A stretch of 64,000 nt of DNA from Octopus vulgaris (GCA_951406725.2 OX597823.1:112716001-112780000), one strand, 5' to 3'. Numbered from the stretch's first letter, positions 13,129 to 26,435 are shown. Notes: a model not told the origin generated them from the letters alone. Program-made: numbers and translations.

Positions 13129-13679
13129 AGTGTCTATGCATGCAGATTTGAAACCATGCCTACAAAAGTGGGTTTAAAAATCAGTGAATCAAAAGCAGGG
13201 TTTTTGTTACTGATTTTATCCCTCAGTCATATAAACCGTCTCAGCACAGTTTCCAACAGTCAAATAATTTTGTTATTTTGAATGTGATATTGCCAACAGC
13301 AGAAATGCCTTTTGACAAAAGTGCCAATTAGCCTCAATAACAGCCTATAATCTTTATATTATTTGGAAATTATCACTCTGTGGTTGAATTAAAATACCAG
13401 TTTCAAAGTTGGCTTTGGAACAATTCTATTATGCACAGTAATGAGACCTGGCTTGGACAATAATTTTAAAACCGAGCTAAGGAGATACATGCTGAACACT
13501 GTTTTCTTTTACAGGTAGTAATTTATTTTCCATAATAATCAAGAATTAATTGCAAGGATCATCCACAGGTTTTCTCATGTAATAGCATTTTATGTTCCAT
13601 CCATCTTTTCTGCCCACTTTTCCAAGGAAAGTCATCATTCAATAGTGTCCTCAGCTATCTCCATTGAGGCCTATCTGAA

Positions 13680-13992
13680 GCAATTGTCATTAGACTTTCC
13701 AGCTGGATTTCCTTGCATGATCGACTGAGACTATGGATATTATCCAATCATAATCATCTCATTCTGGGTTCTTTTGGTATTGATCTCCTGCCACTTGGCT
13801 CAGCTCAGCTTGAGCAATCTATCTTGTAATTCTTTCCGGCAACAATCTAATCACATGTCCACAGTACTGGAGCTGTGATCTCTCAGTGTAAAGAAGTAGC
13901 TGATTGACCTAGAGAAACTCCCTCATCTCTGAACTATTGACCCTGTCATGTAAAATTACTCCAGAGACCCTTCAGAAGAACCCCATTTCAAT
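13680..13992 (-). mobile_element. Decayed RTE-clade LINE fragment
   Basis: - strand EMGFF*RVSGVILHDRVNSSEMREFL*..ERSQLQYCGHVIRL. Confidence 0.6.
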
Positions 13993-14580
13993 GTGCTATT
14001 TGTGTAATAATGAAATTAAACCTGGAGTGTGTGTGGGAGAGAAAGAGAGAGAGAGAGAGAGGAGGGAGAGATAATATTGCAAACGATGACTGAAATAAGC
14101 ATGGAATGATAAAAATCGTACAAATGAAAGCTCATTAAAAACTATCTTTTACCGAATATTTAAATTTGTGAACTTAGTAAACATTCCTTTCAGTAATTTA
14201 TCATAGTTGTTTGCAAATAGCGAATTAAAACTTGAAATGAAAACATTAACATTGAGAGTGAGAGATTTCACAAATGGAAACAGGTTGTTTGCAAATATTA
14301 AAACTTGAAATGAAAACATTAAAATAGAGAGTGAGAGATTTCGCAAATGGAAACAGAAAAATTTCGCCATTGCTACATCAATACCAGAAGTTAACATTGA
14401 GAAATCTTTTTAAAGAAGTGAATCATATATATAAATCAATATTATTTATTTTTAGTAAAAAAAATATGCTGAGGACCCTGTTATGTTTCCAAGGTCAAAT
14501 TATTCATGCATCCCAAGTATGGAAGCAATTTGCGTAGCTGTTTTCACGTGAAAAGTGAATACCCGCACACATACGACCCT

Positions 14581-14832
14581 ATTGGTCATCTTCACTTCTT
14601 TCAGCCATTTCAATTAATACTTATTAATTTAATTACAAATTTGTACATTAAATGTGCATTTATGTGACATGAGCAAGTTGACAGGTCCAAATATAATATC
14701 ACAAGGTACCTCATTTGTTTTTTTCCTGATGAAATTATGCTCATGTCACACTAATGCAAATTTAATGTACAAATTTGTAATTAAATTAATAAGTATTAAT
14801 TGAAATGGCTGAAAGAAGCGAAGATGACCAAT
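14581..14832. repeat. Inverted repeat, about 95-bp arms, 62-bp spacer (MITE-like)
   Basis: 14581-14675 is the near-exact reverse complement of 14738-14832. Confidence 0.9.
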
Positions 14833-14885
14833 TTGTTAATAATAAATAATTTTCTTTTAACTGGATATAAACTGTATGCTTAATA

Positions 14886-15199
14886 TGTTGTTGTTGTTTG
14901 TTCCTTCTCGAGCCACACCTGGCTCATAAGGGCCGATTTGCCAGTTTCCTTGGCGTATAGGTTCCCCACCTGGATAGGACACCGGTCCGTCACAGGTGAG
15001 CTGCAAGATGCAGGAGGAAAGAGTGAGAGAAAATTGTGGTGAAAGAGTCAGCAGAAGTTTCGCCATTACCTTCTGCCGGAGTCGCGTGGAGCTTAGGTGT
15101 TTCACTCATAAGCACACACATCGCTCGGTCTGAGATTCGAACCCACGATCCCACGATTGCGAGTCCGCTGCTCTAACCACTAGGCCATGTGCCTCCACT
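14886..15199 (-). mobile_element. tRNA(Arg)-like SINE (family C head, alternative 3' part) with 9-bp TSD
   Basis: Head RC gtggaggcacatggcctagtggttagagcagcggactcg; (CAA)n tail; TSD tgcttaata at 14877-14885 and 15200-15208. Confidence 0.85.
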
Positions 15200-15686
15200 T
15201 GCTTAATACATACCCATTGTTTTAAGGGAATTTCATTCCCCAACAATACTAGGTATTGAACCAGTATTTCCTTGGATGCAACCTTCCCTTCACAAGGTTA
15301 ACAAGACATACACACGTGCTTTTCTTGGACTTTTTTTTCCTACTCTGGACCTTTCCTTTCTCCTCTTTCTGACAAGGAGCTATGCTTGAAATGCAAACAA
15401 CCCACTCTTTCCCCCACCTTCACTGAGTGTCAAGCTAATAAATTACTTCCTTTTGTTGTTTTGTTATTTGTTCTTTTTAATGTTTGGTTTGACTATAGGT
15501 GTGTATGTTTACTCAGCAGTTCGACAAATGCGACCAATAGAATAGGTATGAGGCTTTAAAAAGAATTAAGTACTGGGGTTGATTTGTTTGATTAAAATTC
15601 TTCGTAGTGGTGTTCCAGCTTGGCCACAGTCTATTGACTGAAACAAGTGAAAAGTAAAAGACGATATATCTGTTTATGTAAATGTA

Positions 15687-15875
15687 ACCTTATCACTTTG
15701 TAAACACCGGTTCTCGTCCGATCACCGAAGTTAAGCAACATCGAGCCTAGTTAGTACTTAGATGGGTGACCGCTGGGGAAACCTAGGTGCTGTAAGCCTT
15801 CCCTTTTGTTTTCAGCGGTGGTGCCCCAGCATGGCCGCGGCCTTCGGGCTAGAACATTTTTAAGGATTTAAGGAT
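15687..15875 (+). mobile_element. 5S rRNA-derived head joined to a CR1-type LINE tail (SINE3-like)
   Basis: 15687-15797 matches 5S rRNA (aaacaccggttctcgtccgatcaccgaagttaagcaacatcgagcc..gttagtacttagatgggtgaccgc..tgctgtaagc), followed by ggtggtgccccagcatggccgc and a ttaaggat repeat. Confidence 0.75.
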
Positions 15876-16167
15876 ATATGAATGCAGGTATATTTATTTA
15901 TCTACATGCCTCCCCATTTTTTCTGAACTCTCTTGCATACGGTATATATCCCATCTGGTTTCTGTTTGTTCATTTTTTTTTATACTCTTACTATCACTCT
16001 CCTTCTTTTGCTCATTGATTCTCTCTTTTTTCTTTTCTTTTTTTTTCTACTTTTTTTTCCTTTTTGGTGTAGGATCCATATCTGAGAATGTTTAGATACT
16101 TTCTCTCTTTGCTAAAGTATTAAGAGGCCTCCTTGTGCCAAAAATTCAAAGCATTAAAGCATTCATA

Positions 16168-16648
16168 TTTCTTTACTACCCACTAGGGGCTAAAACATAG
16201 AGAGGACAAACAAGGACAGACAAAAGGATTAAGTCGATTATATTGACCCCTGTGCGTAACTGGTACTTAATTTATAGAAGGCGGCGAGCTGGCAGAACCG
16301 TCAGCACGCCGGGCGAAATGCTTTGCGGTATTTCATCTGCCGTTATGTTCTGAGTTCAAATTCTGCCGAGGTCGACTTTGCCTTTCATCCTTTCGGGGTC
16401 GAATAAATAAGTACCAGTTACGCACTGGGGTTGATATAATCGACTTAGTCCATTTGTCTGTCCTTGTTTGTCCTCTCTGTGTTTAGCCCCTTGTGGGTTG
16501 TAAAGAAATAGGTACTTAATTTATCGACCCTGAAAGGATGAAAGGCAAAGTAGACCTCGTCAGAATTTGAACTCAGAACATAACGGCAGACAAAATACCG
16601 CTAAGCATTTCGCCCAGCGTGCTAACGTTTCTGCCAGCTCGCCGCCTT
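16168..16648. mobile_element. Family A SINE (+, 16276-16510) nested inside an opposite-strand family A SINE
   Basis: 14-bp TSD ggtacttaatttat at 16262-16275 and 16511-16524; the host copy resumes exactly after the TSD. Confidence 0.9.
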
Positions 16649-17051
16649 TGCTTTAAAGCATTCAGCTAATATTTTTATTGTAGACGGGTTCTGACCACCT
16701 CTCAGGTGACTGACTCATCACTATAAAGTATAGAAGTATGAGTGATTGACAGTTTGGGTTCCTAGCAGTTCACTGTGAGCCATGACTCAGAGCGTTGTGT
16801 CACGTGTAACAGTAATAGTAGTACATCGTGTAGATACTCTCCATTCCCCTGCTTTGTTATATTATATATATCCAATAGGATACAAAAAATTTTGATGGTC
16901 AAACTTAGCTCCTTCTCCTGGTTCTACATTCTATTGTTCATTGAATTTATGCTATTTAAATGTATATACAAATATATGGATGTATATATATGTGTGTGTG
17001 TGTATGTATATCTATCTGTCTATCTATCTATCTGTCTGTCTATCTATCTGC

Positions 17052-17117
<66 letters not shown>

Positions 17118-17159
17118 GTCTGTCTGTCTCTCTATATAAAGTATAATCTATATTTACGT

Positions 17160-17458
17160 ACATACATACATTACGTGACCGACCAGGCTATCAGATGTTG
17201 CTACACATCGCTGGTCACAATGCGCTTCGCATTGTTTTAGCCTTCAAATGACGCCACCCCGCTGGCTAAGCGAGCAGGCCAACAGAAGAAAGAGTGAGAG
17301 AAAGTTGCGGTGAAAGAGTACAGCAGGGATCGCCACCACCCCCTGCCGGAGTCTCGTGGAGCTATAGGTGTTTTCATTCAATAAACACTTACAATGCCCG
17401 GTCTGGGAATTAAAACCGCGAGTCCACTGCCCTAACCACTGGGCCATTGCGCCTCCAC
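17160..17458 (-). mobile_element. tRNA(Arg)-like SINE (family C head, third 3' tail)
   Basis: Same head and core as 10751, but the 3' part reads ggctaaaacaatgcgaagcgcattgtgaccagcgatg.. Confidence 0.85.
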
Positions 17459-18400
17459 ACATACATACATACAAGTACATATTATCGTTGTTATCAAGAT
17501 GGCATGAGCTGGACGGCTTGACAGGAGCTGGCTAGGCATGGTTTTCACGGCTGGATGCCCTTCATAACACCAACTACTCCAGCACTGGCAGGATGACCAG
17601 GTAACTTGCCAGTTGAAAATCCTTTGAGAAGGGAGCCGGAATTGGAAGTGATCTTGTGCCAGATGATGAAAGGTTAGAGTGTGACAGAGAGAGACAGAAA
17701 GAGATGTCTTGCTGTACAAGAGATACATGGTTACTCGGTCAGAGAGATAGAGAGAGAGAGAGAAGGAGTGGTCAAGATTGAGGCCTGTAACAGGTGTGTT
17801 GCTGTAGAGGAGATACGTGATTAACCAGTCCGAGAGATAGAGCTAGAGGAAGAGAGTAAGAGAAAGAGGGAGAGTGGAAAAGAGCAGGAGAGAGATCATG
17901 GCGAATAGCCAGAGTATGCTCACAAGGAACGGCAATCAAAATATAGATGGGAAGGTAGAGAAGAGCTGTGAAAGATAAGTGGTGCCAAATTGGAAGGGCA
18001 TGCCCTCAAGATATGGGGTCAGAATATAAACAGTAGATATATATAAACATCCGTTCTTGCACTTCTTTCATCTTATCTGGTCAATTTATACTTATATATG
18101 GCTGTGCTTGTGTGTTATATATGTATACAATTATATATATATATATATATAATTGTGTGTTATATATGTATACAATTATATATATATATATATATATAGG
18201 CGTTAGGAAGGGCATCCAGCTGTAGAAACATTGCCAGATTAGACTGGAGCTTGGTGCAGCCTTCTGGCTTCCCAGAACCCCGGTCGAACCGTCCAACCCA
18301 TGCTAGCATGGAGAACGGACGTTAAACGACGATGATGATGATGATGATGATGATATATATGCACACGCATATATATATATACATACATACACATATATAT

Positions 18401-18441
<41 letters not shown>

Positions 18442-18486
18442 CATACACACACACACACACATATATATATACATAAGTACATACGT

Positions 18487-18571
<85 letters not shown>

Positions 18572-18619
18572 TATACATACATACATACATGCATGCATAC
18601 TTATATATATATATACATA

Positions 18620-18822
18620 GATACATGATTGACCGCTAGCTAGTGAAGATGTCTTTTTTTATTTTCTTTCTGTCTGTTTATTTTCTTGTGTTCATTCCTG
18701 TTGAAGAGCATAGGCTCGAAATGTCAAAGACTTTTTCACCTTCCTGAGCGTTGAACTAATTCACCTGTTTGTTGTTTACACACTTGTCTTTGTCTTTTGT
18801 TTTTTGTAAATTCCAACTACAT
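18620..18822 (+). mobile_element. Putative Penelope-like terminal-repeat remnant with hammerhead-like motif (18694-18730)
   Basis: ctgttga-a-gagc-atag-gctc-gaaa-tg-tc-aaaga. Confidence 0.55.
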
Positions 18823-19207
18823 ACATACATACATACATATACATGCGTGCATGCATATACATGTATCTATATCCCTATAGATATATATATATATATATAT
18901 ATACAGTCATACATACATACATACACACACAAACACACACACACACACATATATATATACATATACACATATATATACATATGTATGAATACATGCTCGT
19001 TGTGAATATATTACTGCAGATGCAGAGAGTCTGCAAAATATTTGATCAGTCTCTGTTTCCTGTCTTATTACAAATTTCAACTTTCCACGCATGGTTCTGA
19101 TCTTATCTTTGTACTCCAGTATGGCCTTAGCCATTTCCTTTCAAACTGTATAAAGAACAGTCTCCATATGCATACAAATACACATACATGACACACCTAC
19201 ATGCATA

Positions 19208-19790
<583 letters not shown>

Positions 19791-20152
19791 TGCTTACATT
19801 TGTATACATGTATATGTAAGCATATGTCTATTAAATGTTTCATATTAGTGGGGAAGTATATGTTTATATTAATACCTGCAACACTGGCCATGCTGCAGCT
19901 ACATTAGGTTCTGTCAAGTTAATGCACGAAACAGTCAAACTAGGCTCTGTTTTTTTTACTTGCATTCTCTTGTTTTGTATTTCTGACATTATAAAGCATC
20001 CATGAATGTATGTTTATATTTGTATGCGCACACCAACATACATACAGACAAATGAACATATAAACAATAAGGACGATGATGAGAATTATATACTTTAGTA
20101 TTTTGTGTGTATGTGTATGTATTTATACATGCATACACCTATACACATAAAG

Positions 20153-20154
<2 letters not shown>

Positions 20155-20189
<35 letters not shown>

Positions 20190-20219
20190 TTGTATATATA
20201 AAAAGTGGCTGTGTATATG

Positions 20220-20275
<56 letters not shown>

Positions 20276-20393
20276 GTGGCTGTGTATATGTATGTATGTA
20301 TGTATATATATATATATATATATATTTGTATATATAAAAAGTGGCTGTGTATATGTATGTATATATATATATGTATATATAAAAGTGGCTGTG

Positions 20394-20441
<48 letters not shown>

Positions 20442-20662
20442 ATATATAAAAAGTGCCTGTATATATATATATTTGTATATATATGAAAAGTGCCTCTATA
20501 TATAAAGATATATATTTGTATATATATGAAGAGTGCCTGTGTATGTATATATTTGTATATATAAAAAGTGCTTGTGTATACATATGTATATATATATATA
20601 TATTTTTGTATATATAAAAAGTGCCTGCGTATATATATATTTGTATATATAAAAAGTGTCTG

Positions 20663-20701
<39 letters not shown>

Positions 20702-20764
20702 ATATATATGAAAAGTGCCTGTATATATAGATATATATTTGTATATATATATATGAAAAGTGCC

Positions 20765-20807
<43 letters not shown>

Positions 20808-20830
20808 TTTGTATACATAAAAAAATGCCT
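20155..20830. repeat. Compound minisatellite: aaaagtg(g/c)ctgt motif separated by variable (TA)n
   Basis: More than 10 recurrences of ttgtatatataaaaagtgcctgt-like units. Confidence 0.9.
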
Positions 20831-21638
20831 GTATGCATAGAAGTAAGGTGGATAAAGGTTGACAAGACATTTCAAAACGAGCTAATACCACATCCACCTT
20901 GAGAATGCTGTGCCACAGACGTACATCAAAGTTTGACACAAATAGGTTTTCTGCAAAAATTCTGAGATTTTTTTTCTTTTTTATTCTTTTCTTTCATCTG
21001 TTTCTATGTTGCACGTGCATCCTGCCTCCCTTTTATGAAATTGGGGTGGAGTAAGGGGCAGTATTGTGTTGGGAAGGGTGGTGTGTTTCTTTTTTTTATT
21101 TGACTTTGTCGTCTTGCTTTTTCTCTTCTGTTTTTCACTGTGGAAGATTCATTTTGCTCAGTGCATTTATTTTTAAAGGTGCATGCATACACATACGCGT
21201 ATGTATGTGCATGCCTATATATATATATAAACACAGACACACACATACACACACACATATATATGTATGTATATATACATATGTATATATATGTATATAT
21301 ATATATATGTATATATATTTGTATATGTGTATATATATGTATATATATATGTATATATGTATATATATATGTATATATATGTATATATATATGTATATAT
21401 ATATATGTATATATATACACATACATATATATATGTATATATATATATATGTATGTATATATATATATACATATATATATGTATATATATATATATATAT
21501 ATACGTATATATATATATACATACATATATACATATATATACATATATATATATTTATATGTATATATATATATATACGTATATATATATATATACATAC
21601 ATATATATATATACATATATATATATTCATATATATAT

Positions 21639-22520
21639 ATCATCATCATCATTTAGTGTCCGCTTTCCACGCTAGCATGGGTTGGACGGGTCAACTGGGG
21701 TCTGTGAAGCTGGAAGGCTTCGTCAGGCCCAGTCAGATCTGGCAGTGTTTCTACGGCTGGATGCCCTTCCTAACGCCAACCACTCCGCGAGTGTAGTGGG
21801 TGTTTTTTACGTGCCACCTGCACAGGTGCCAGACAGAGCTGACGAACGGATGGTGCTTTTACGTGTCACCGGCACGGGGCCAGGCGATGCTGGCAACGGA
21901 CACGAACGGATGGTGCTTTTACGTGCCACCGACACGGGGCCAGACAGAGCTGGCAAACGGCCACGAACGGACGGTGCTTTTACGTGTCACCGGCACGGGG
22001 GCCAGCCGAGGCTGACAACGAACACGAACGGATGGTGCTTTTATGTGCCACCGACATGGTTGCCAGACAGAGCTGGCAAACGGCCACGAACGGACGGTGC
22101 TTTTACGTGTCACCAGCACAGGGGCCAGCCGAGGCTGGCAACGGACCCGAACGGATGGTGCTTTTACGTGCCACCGACACGGGGCCAGACAGAGCTGGCA
22201 AACGGCCACGAACGGACGGTGCTTTTACGTGTCACCGGCACGGGGGCCAGCCGAGGCTGACAACGAACACGAACGGATGGTGCTTTTACGTGCCACCGAC
22301 ATGGTTGCCAGACAGAGCTGGCAAACGGCCACGAACGGACGGTGCTTTTACGTGTCACCGGCACAGGGGCCAGCCGAGGCTGGCAACGGACCCGAACGGA
22401 TGGTGCTTTTACGTGCCGAGAGACAGAGCTGGCAAACGGCCACGAACGGACGGTGCTTTTACGTGTCACCGGCACGGGGCCAGGCGAGGCTGGCAACGAA
22501 CACGAACGGATGGTGCTTTT
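21639..22520 (-). mobile_element. RTE 3'-end-derived repeat carrying an expanded 61-bp tandem array (21842-22520)
   Basis: (CAT)n tail at left, core motif, then about 12 units of acgaacgga(t/c)ggtgcttttacgtg.. spaced mostly 60-62 bp. Confidence 0.9.
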
Positions 22521-22687
22521 ATATGTATATTTATATATATGTATGTATATATATATATGTATATATAATAATAATATTAGGGAGTATAACTCCAAATTTA
22601 CTTATATATATATACATATGTATATTTATATACATGTATGTATATATATATATATGTATATATAATAATATTAGGGAATATAACTCC

Positions 22688-22924
22688 ACGGTGGCACGTA
22701 AAAAGCACTATCCGTACGTGGCCGTTTGCCAGCCTCGTCTGGCACCTGTGCGGGTGGCACGTAAAAAGCACCCACTACACTCATCGAGTGGTTGGCGTTA
22801 GGAAGGGCATCCAGCCGTAGAAACACTGCCAGATCAGACTGGGCCTGGTGCAGCCTTCTGGCTTCCCAGACCCCAGTTGAATCGTCCGACCCATGGAAAG
22901 CGGATGCTAAATGATGATGATGAT
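22688..22924 (+). mobile_element. RTE 3'-end-derived repeat, inverted relative to the 21639 copy
   Basis: Core motif and (GAT)n tail on + strand. Confidence 0.85.
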
Positions 22925-23015
22925 ATATATATATATATATGAATATTTATGTGTGTGTATGTATATGTGTGTATACATATATGTATGTATATATGTGTGT
23001 GTGTGTGTGTATATA

Positions 23016-23074
<59 letters not shown>

Positions 23075-23117
23075 GTATATATATATATGTATATATATAT
23101 ATGTATATATATATATG

Positions 23118-23275
<158 letters not shown>

Positions 23276-23386
23276 GTATGTATATGAATATCTGTATGTG
23301 TATGGATATCTAGGTAGATGCAACTTCATATATCTATTAGTGTGTTTTTTGTCTGTCTGTCTCTCTTCTTTTGTATTTATATATGT

Positions 23387-23428
<42 letters not shown>

Positions 23429-23519
23429 CTACAGTAGCATCCAACCTTAGAGTTTAGCCATATTTAAATAGCAAATATTTTTCACGATGCGAGGCATAAA
23501 CAGTAGCTACAACACACAT

Positions 23520-23566
<47 letters not shown>

Positions 23567-23584
23567 CATACATGTGTATATACA

Positions 23585-23722
23585 TACATGCGTATATTTA
23601 CAGGGCAAGACAGCTAGGTAGTCTGCCGCATGCTAGAAACAGATCATCAACAATTGTTGATGATCTATTTCTAGCATGCGGCCGACTACCTAGCAATCTT
23701 GCCCTGTAAATATACACATGTA
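23585..23722. repeat. Loop-less palindrome, 69-bp arms
   Basis: Centre tcatcaacaa|ttgttgatga at 23653/23654; arms match with a few mismatches; adjoins (TA)n. Confidence 0.9.
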
Positions 23723-24260
23723 TTAGAATTTTCTCTGATTCTTCAGATTTTTTGTATGCTAGACTACTGGTTTTAAATTGATATTAAAATTAATATTAAT
23801 TTATCTCCCTCATTATTTTTATATATATATATATATATATAGTTTGCAATTTTTCCCTGTAGTTCTTTGTTATTAATCTTCCATGCAAAGTTGTCATCTG
23901 AAACATTGCTCTTCTGTAGATTGATAGAGACCGAGAGATTGTATGTAAACGTATGCTTCTTTGTGTGCCTCCCACCTTTTGTGGAAGACCAGTTCCTCTA
24001 ATGCAATCAGCAACATTAGAGCCAAACAGTGTTCTACACTATTATAACACTAAGTTGTGTCAACAGATCATAAAATGAGACACCAACACCTCTCCTTCCA
24101 GATCTTGGAACATTTGTCATCTGGTCTCTATTGCTTATAGACTTCTTTCCCCTGTCTTTTCATTTCCACCTCCAACCCTGATACTCATACCTCAGCAAAC
24201 ATTGTCCACTCTAAGTTAATGTGCAAAATTTCTCTGTCCCTCTGTCTCCTTTTGTTTCTT

Positions 24261-24294
<34 letters not shown>

Positions 24295-24524
24295 TTGTGG
24301 ATGTGTGCACATGTGTTTATTCGTGAATTTGTATTGTTTGATTAATTACTTCTTTTAATATGATAGTTTCACTGTTTGTTCTTGAAGAATTATTCTGTTG
24401 ATGAAACTTAGCCATTGAGGTTTGTACAAAGTACAATGTCTTGCCAGTAAATTAGAAGAGAAACATTGACCTGAAATGGATCCCTTTTGGAGCAATGATT
24501 ATAGATGTTGTTTCATTAGGACAC

Positions 24525-24652
24525 TCTTGTTTAATGAGACAACTTGAGGACTGAATGCTTGTTTGATGATACAACTTGAGGACTGAACTCTTGTTTGATG
24601 ATACAACTTGAGGACTGAATGCTTGTTTGATGATACAACTTGAGGACTGAAC
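24525..24652. repeat. 32-bp minisatellite, 4 copies
   Basis: caacttgaggactgaa(tg/ct)cttgtttgatgata; caacttg at 24540, 24572, 24604 and 24636. Confidence 0.95.
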
Positions 24653-25283
24653 CTTTCTGTTTGTGACATTGAATCGTGAAAGGTTAATTAAGGTGTAGCA
24701 GTTAGTTCGTGTCACTGTAAACTGAGGTTCCTTATAGGTGTACTTAAGAAGACTTGATGATGAATAATTCTGCTTTAAGTATTTCACCTTGCAATTTAAT
24801 CCAACTGATTCCACAGAAGAAACCAATAAGCAGATATCTATTGAAAGTGGTATTGAGATGTTTCAATTTTATTGTTATGCTCAGAGAATGAAACTAATTT
24901 ACCTGAAAATCTAACTTGGAACCTATCAGGTGTGTGTCTTAGGTTACAGAAGTGGTTATGGATAATAACGATTATTCTTTTATATCAGGATTCAGAAAGT
25001 GAAAGTCGTAACTTTCAAGTGCTTTTCACAGTTTGTCTGATTTCATTTTTCTCTCATCAGCTCTTGAGGTCTTCAGTCAATAACTCTTTTCATTCTTCAA
25101 CTAGAAATTTTAAGCTATTTATCTACTTCTTATGTCCTGCTGTATCAAACATCTCTCTGTAGTACACTATTGATCTGTGGCCAGTTTTCCGTCAAATCAC
25201 TCCATACCATCTTGTAGACAGAATCACAACCGAAACACAATAACCACATCAATTGATGTCTGTCTGTCTATCTCTATATATAT

Positions 25284-25365
<82 letters not shown>

Positions 25366-26149
25366 GGGGCTTTGAACGGGGTCTCAGAGAGTAGCATCCC
25401 TGCCTTCCTGAGCTAGTTTTCCACCACATTTCTTAAAAATCGTGGTAGAGGCCTTGGTCTTGGGACCACTCATGTCTAGAAACTGAGGTTGGGGGGTAAG
25501 CAAGGGCATACACCCCGTTGAAAATCCTGCTCCAAAAAAGCCTCATGATAACCAGGAAGAATGGGCACCAGCCAGCCTGCCCAAAGATTGGGGTGGGTTG
25601 CACCTACCTACCTCAGTTGCTATGGGATTGAGGTAGATCTAGCCATTCCCGTCAATGGGGACAAAACCTGGATTTAAAACGCCAGATGATAATGATGATA
25701 ATGATGATGATGATATATTTATATGTTGTCCCTCTTACTTTCCTTTCTTCTCTTCACTCCTACTCACCTCCCTTGCCCCTCCCTTCATCATCACCCTTCC
25801 CTCGTAAACCCCCACATACAATCTAACCCCACCTTCCCTATCCACCCCATCGCACTCCACCCCATCTCTTACACCCATTCCCACATACCCCACTTCTACC
25901 CCCACCCCCAGCCTAACCCACACCCCACCATTACTTTCCCCACTCTTTCCTCCCCGCATCCCAACACCATCACACCACACCACTGCACCATACACCACCA
26001 TACCACACAACACATCACATCACACCACCACACACACACACACACATGTCAAGGTCACCAGCCCTCTTCCACATGGGCATACATGCTCTCTTATACACTC
26101 GCTCATGCACCTTCATTTTGGGATCACCACTACTTTATTATCTCCCCTT

Positions 26150-26375
26150 CATCCTAGCTCTCCTGTGTGACCCTTCTGTCTGGCATTCGCCATGATAGAT
26201 CACTAGCCACTACACTTTTTTTTTATTTTCTCTCCTTGTTTCTTTGTGTGGAAGAGCATAGGCTCGAAACATTAAAGACATTTTCACTCCCTTAGCATTA
26301 AACTAGTACATCTGTCTGTTGGGTACACCACCTGTATTCGTCTTTTGTTTTGTTTTTTGTGAATTCTTCCCCTAG
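26150..26375 (+). mobile_element. Putative Penelope-like terminal-repeat remnant with degenerate hammerhead motif (26241-26278)
   Basis: tcttt-gtgtgga-a-gagc-atag-gctc-gaaa-ca-tt-aaaga; ends at (TA)n. Confidence 0.5.
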
Positions 26376-26393
26376 ATATATATATATATATAG

Positions 26394-26435
<42 letters not shown>

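Noticed and set aside
15361-15400. Hammerhead-like ctgacaa-g-gagc-tat-gctt-gaaa-tg-ca
   Set aside because: Core positions 3/8 unpaired and the cleavage-site U is lost; at most a dead copy related to the 28899 family.
15687-15797. Functional 5S rRNA gene
   Set aside because: The 5' end is degenerate, the copy is solitary rather than in a tandem unit, and it is joined to a LINE-type tail.
21842-22520. CRISPR-like repeat/spacer appearance and long ORFs in the 61-bp array
   Set aside because: The inter-repeat segments are themselves repeated rather than unique, the context is eukaryotic and there are no cas genes. The ORFs are translations of a GC-rich tandem repeat.
25723-26157. 144-aa P/H-rich ORF
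   Set aside because: C/A-rich low-complexity DNA merging into (CA)n; no coding evidence.
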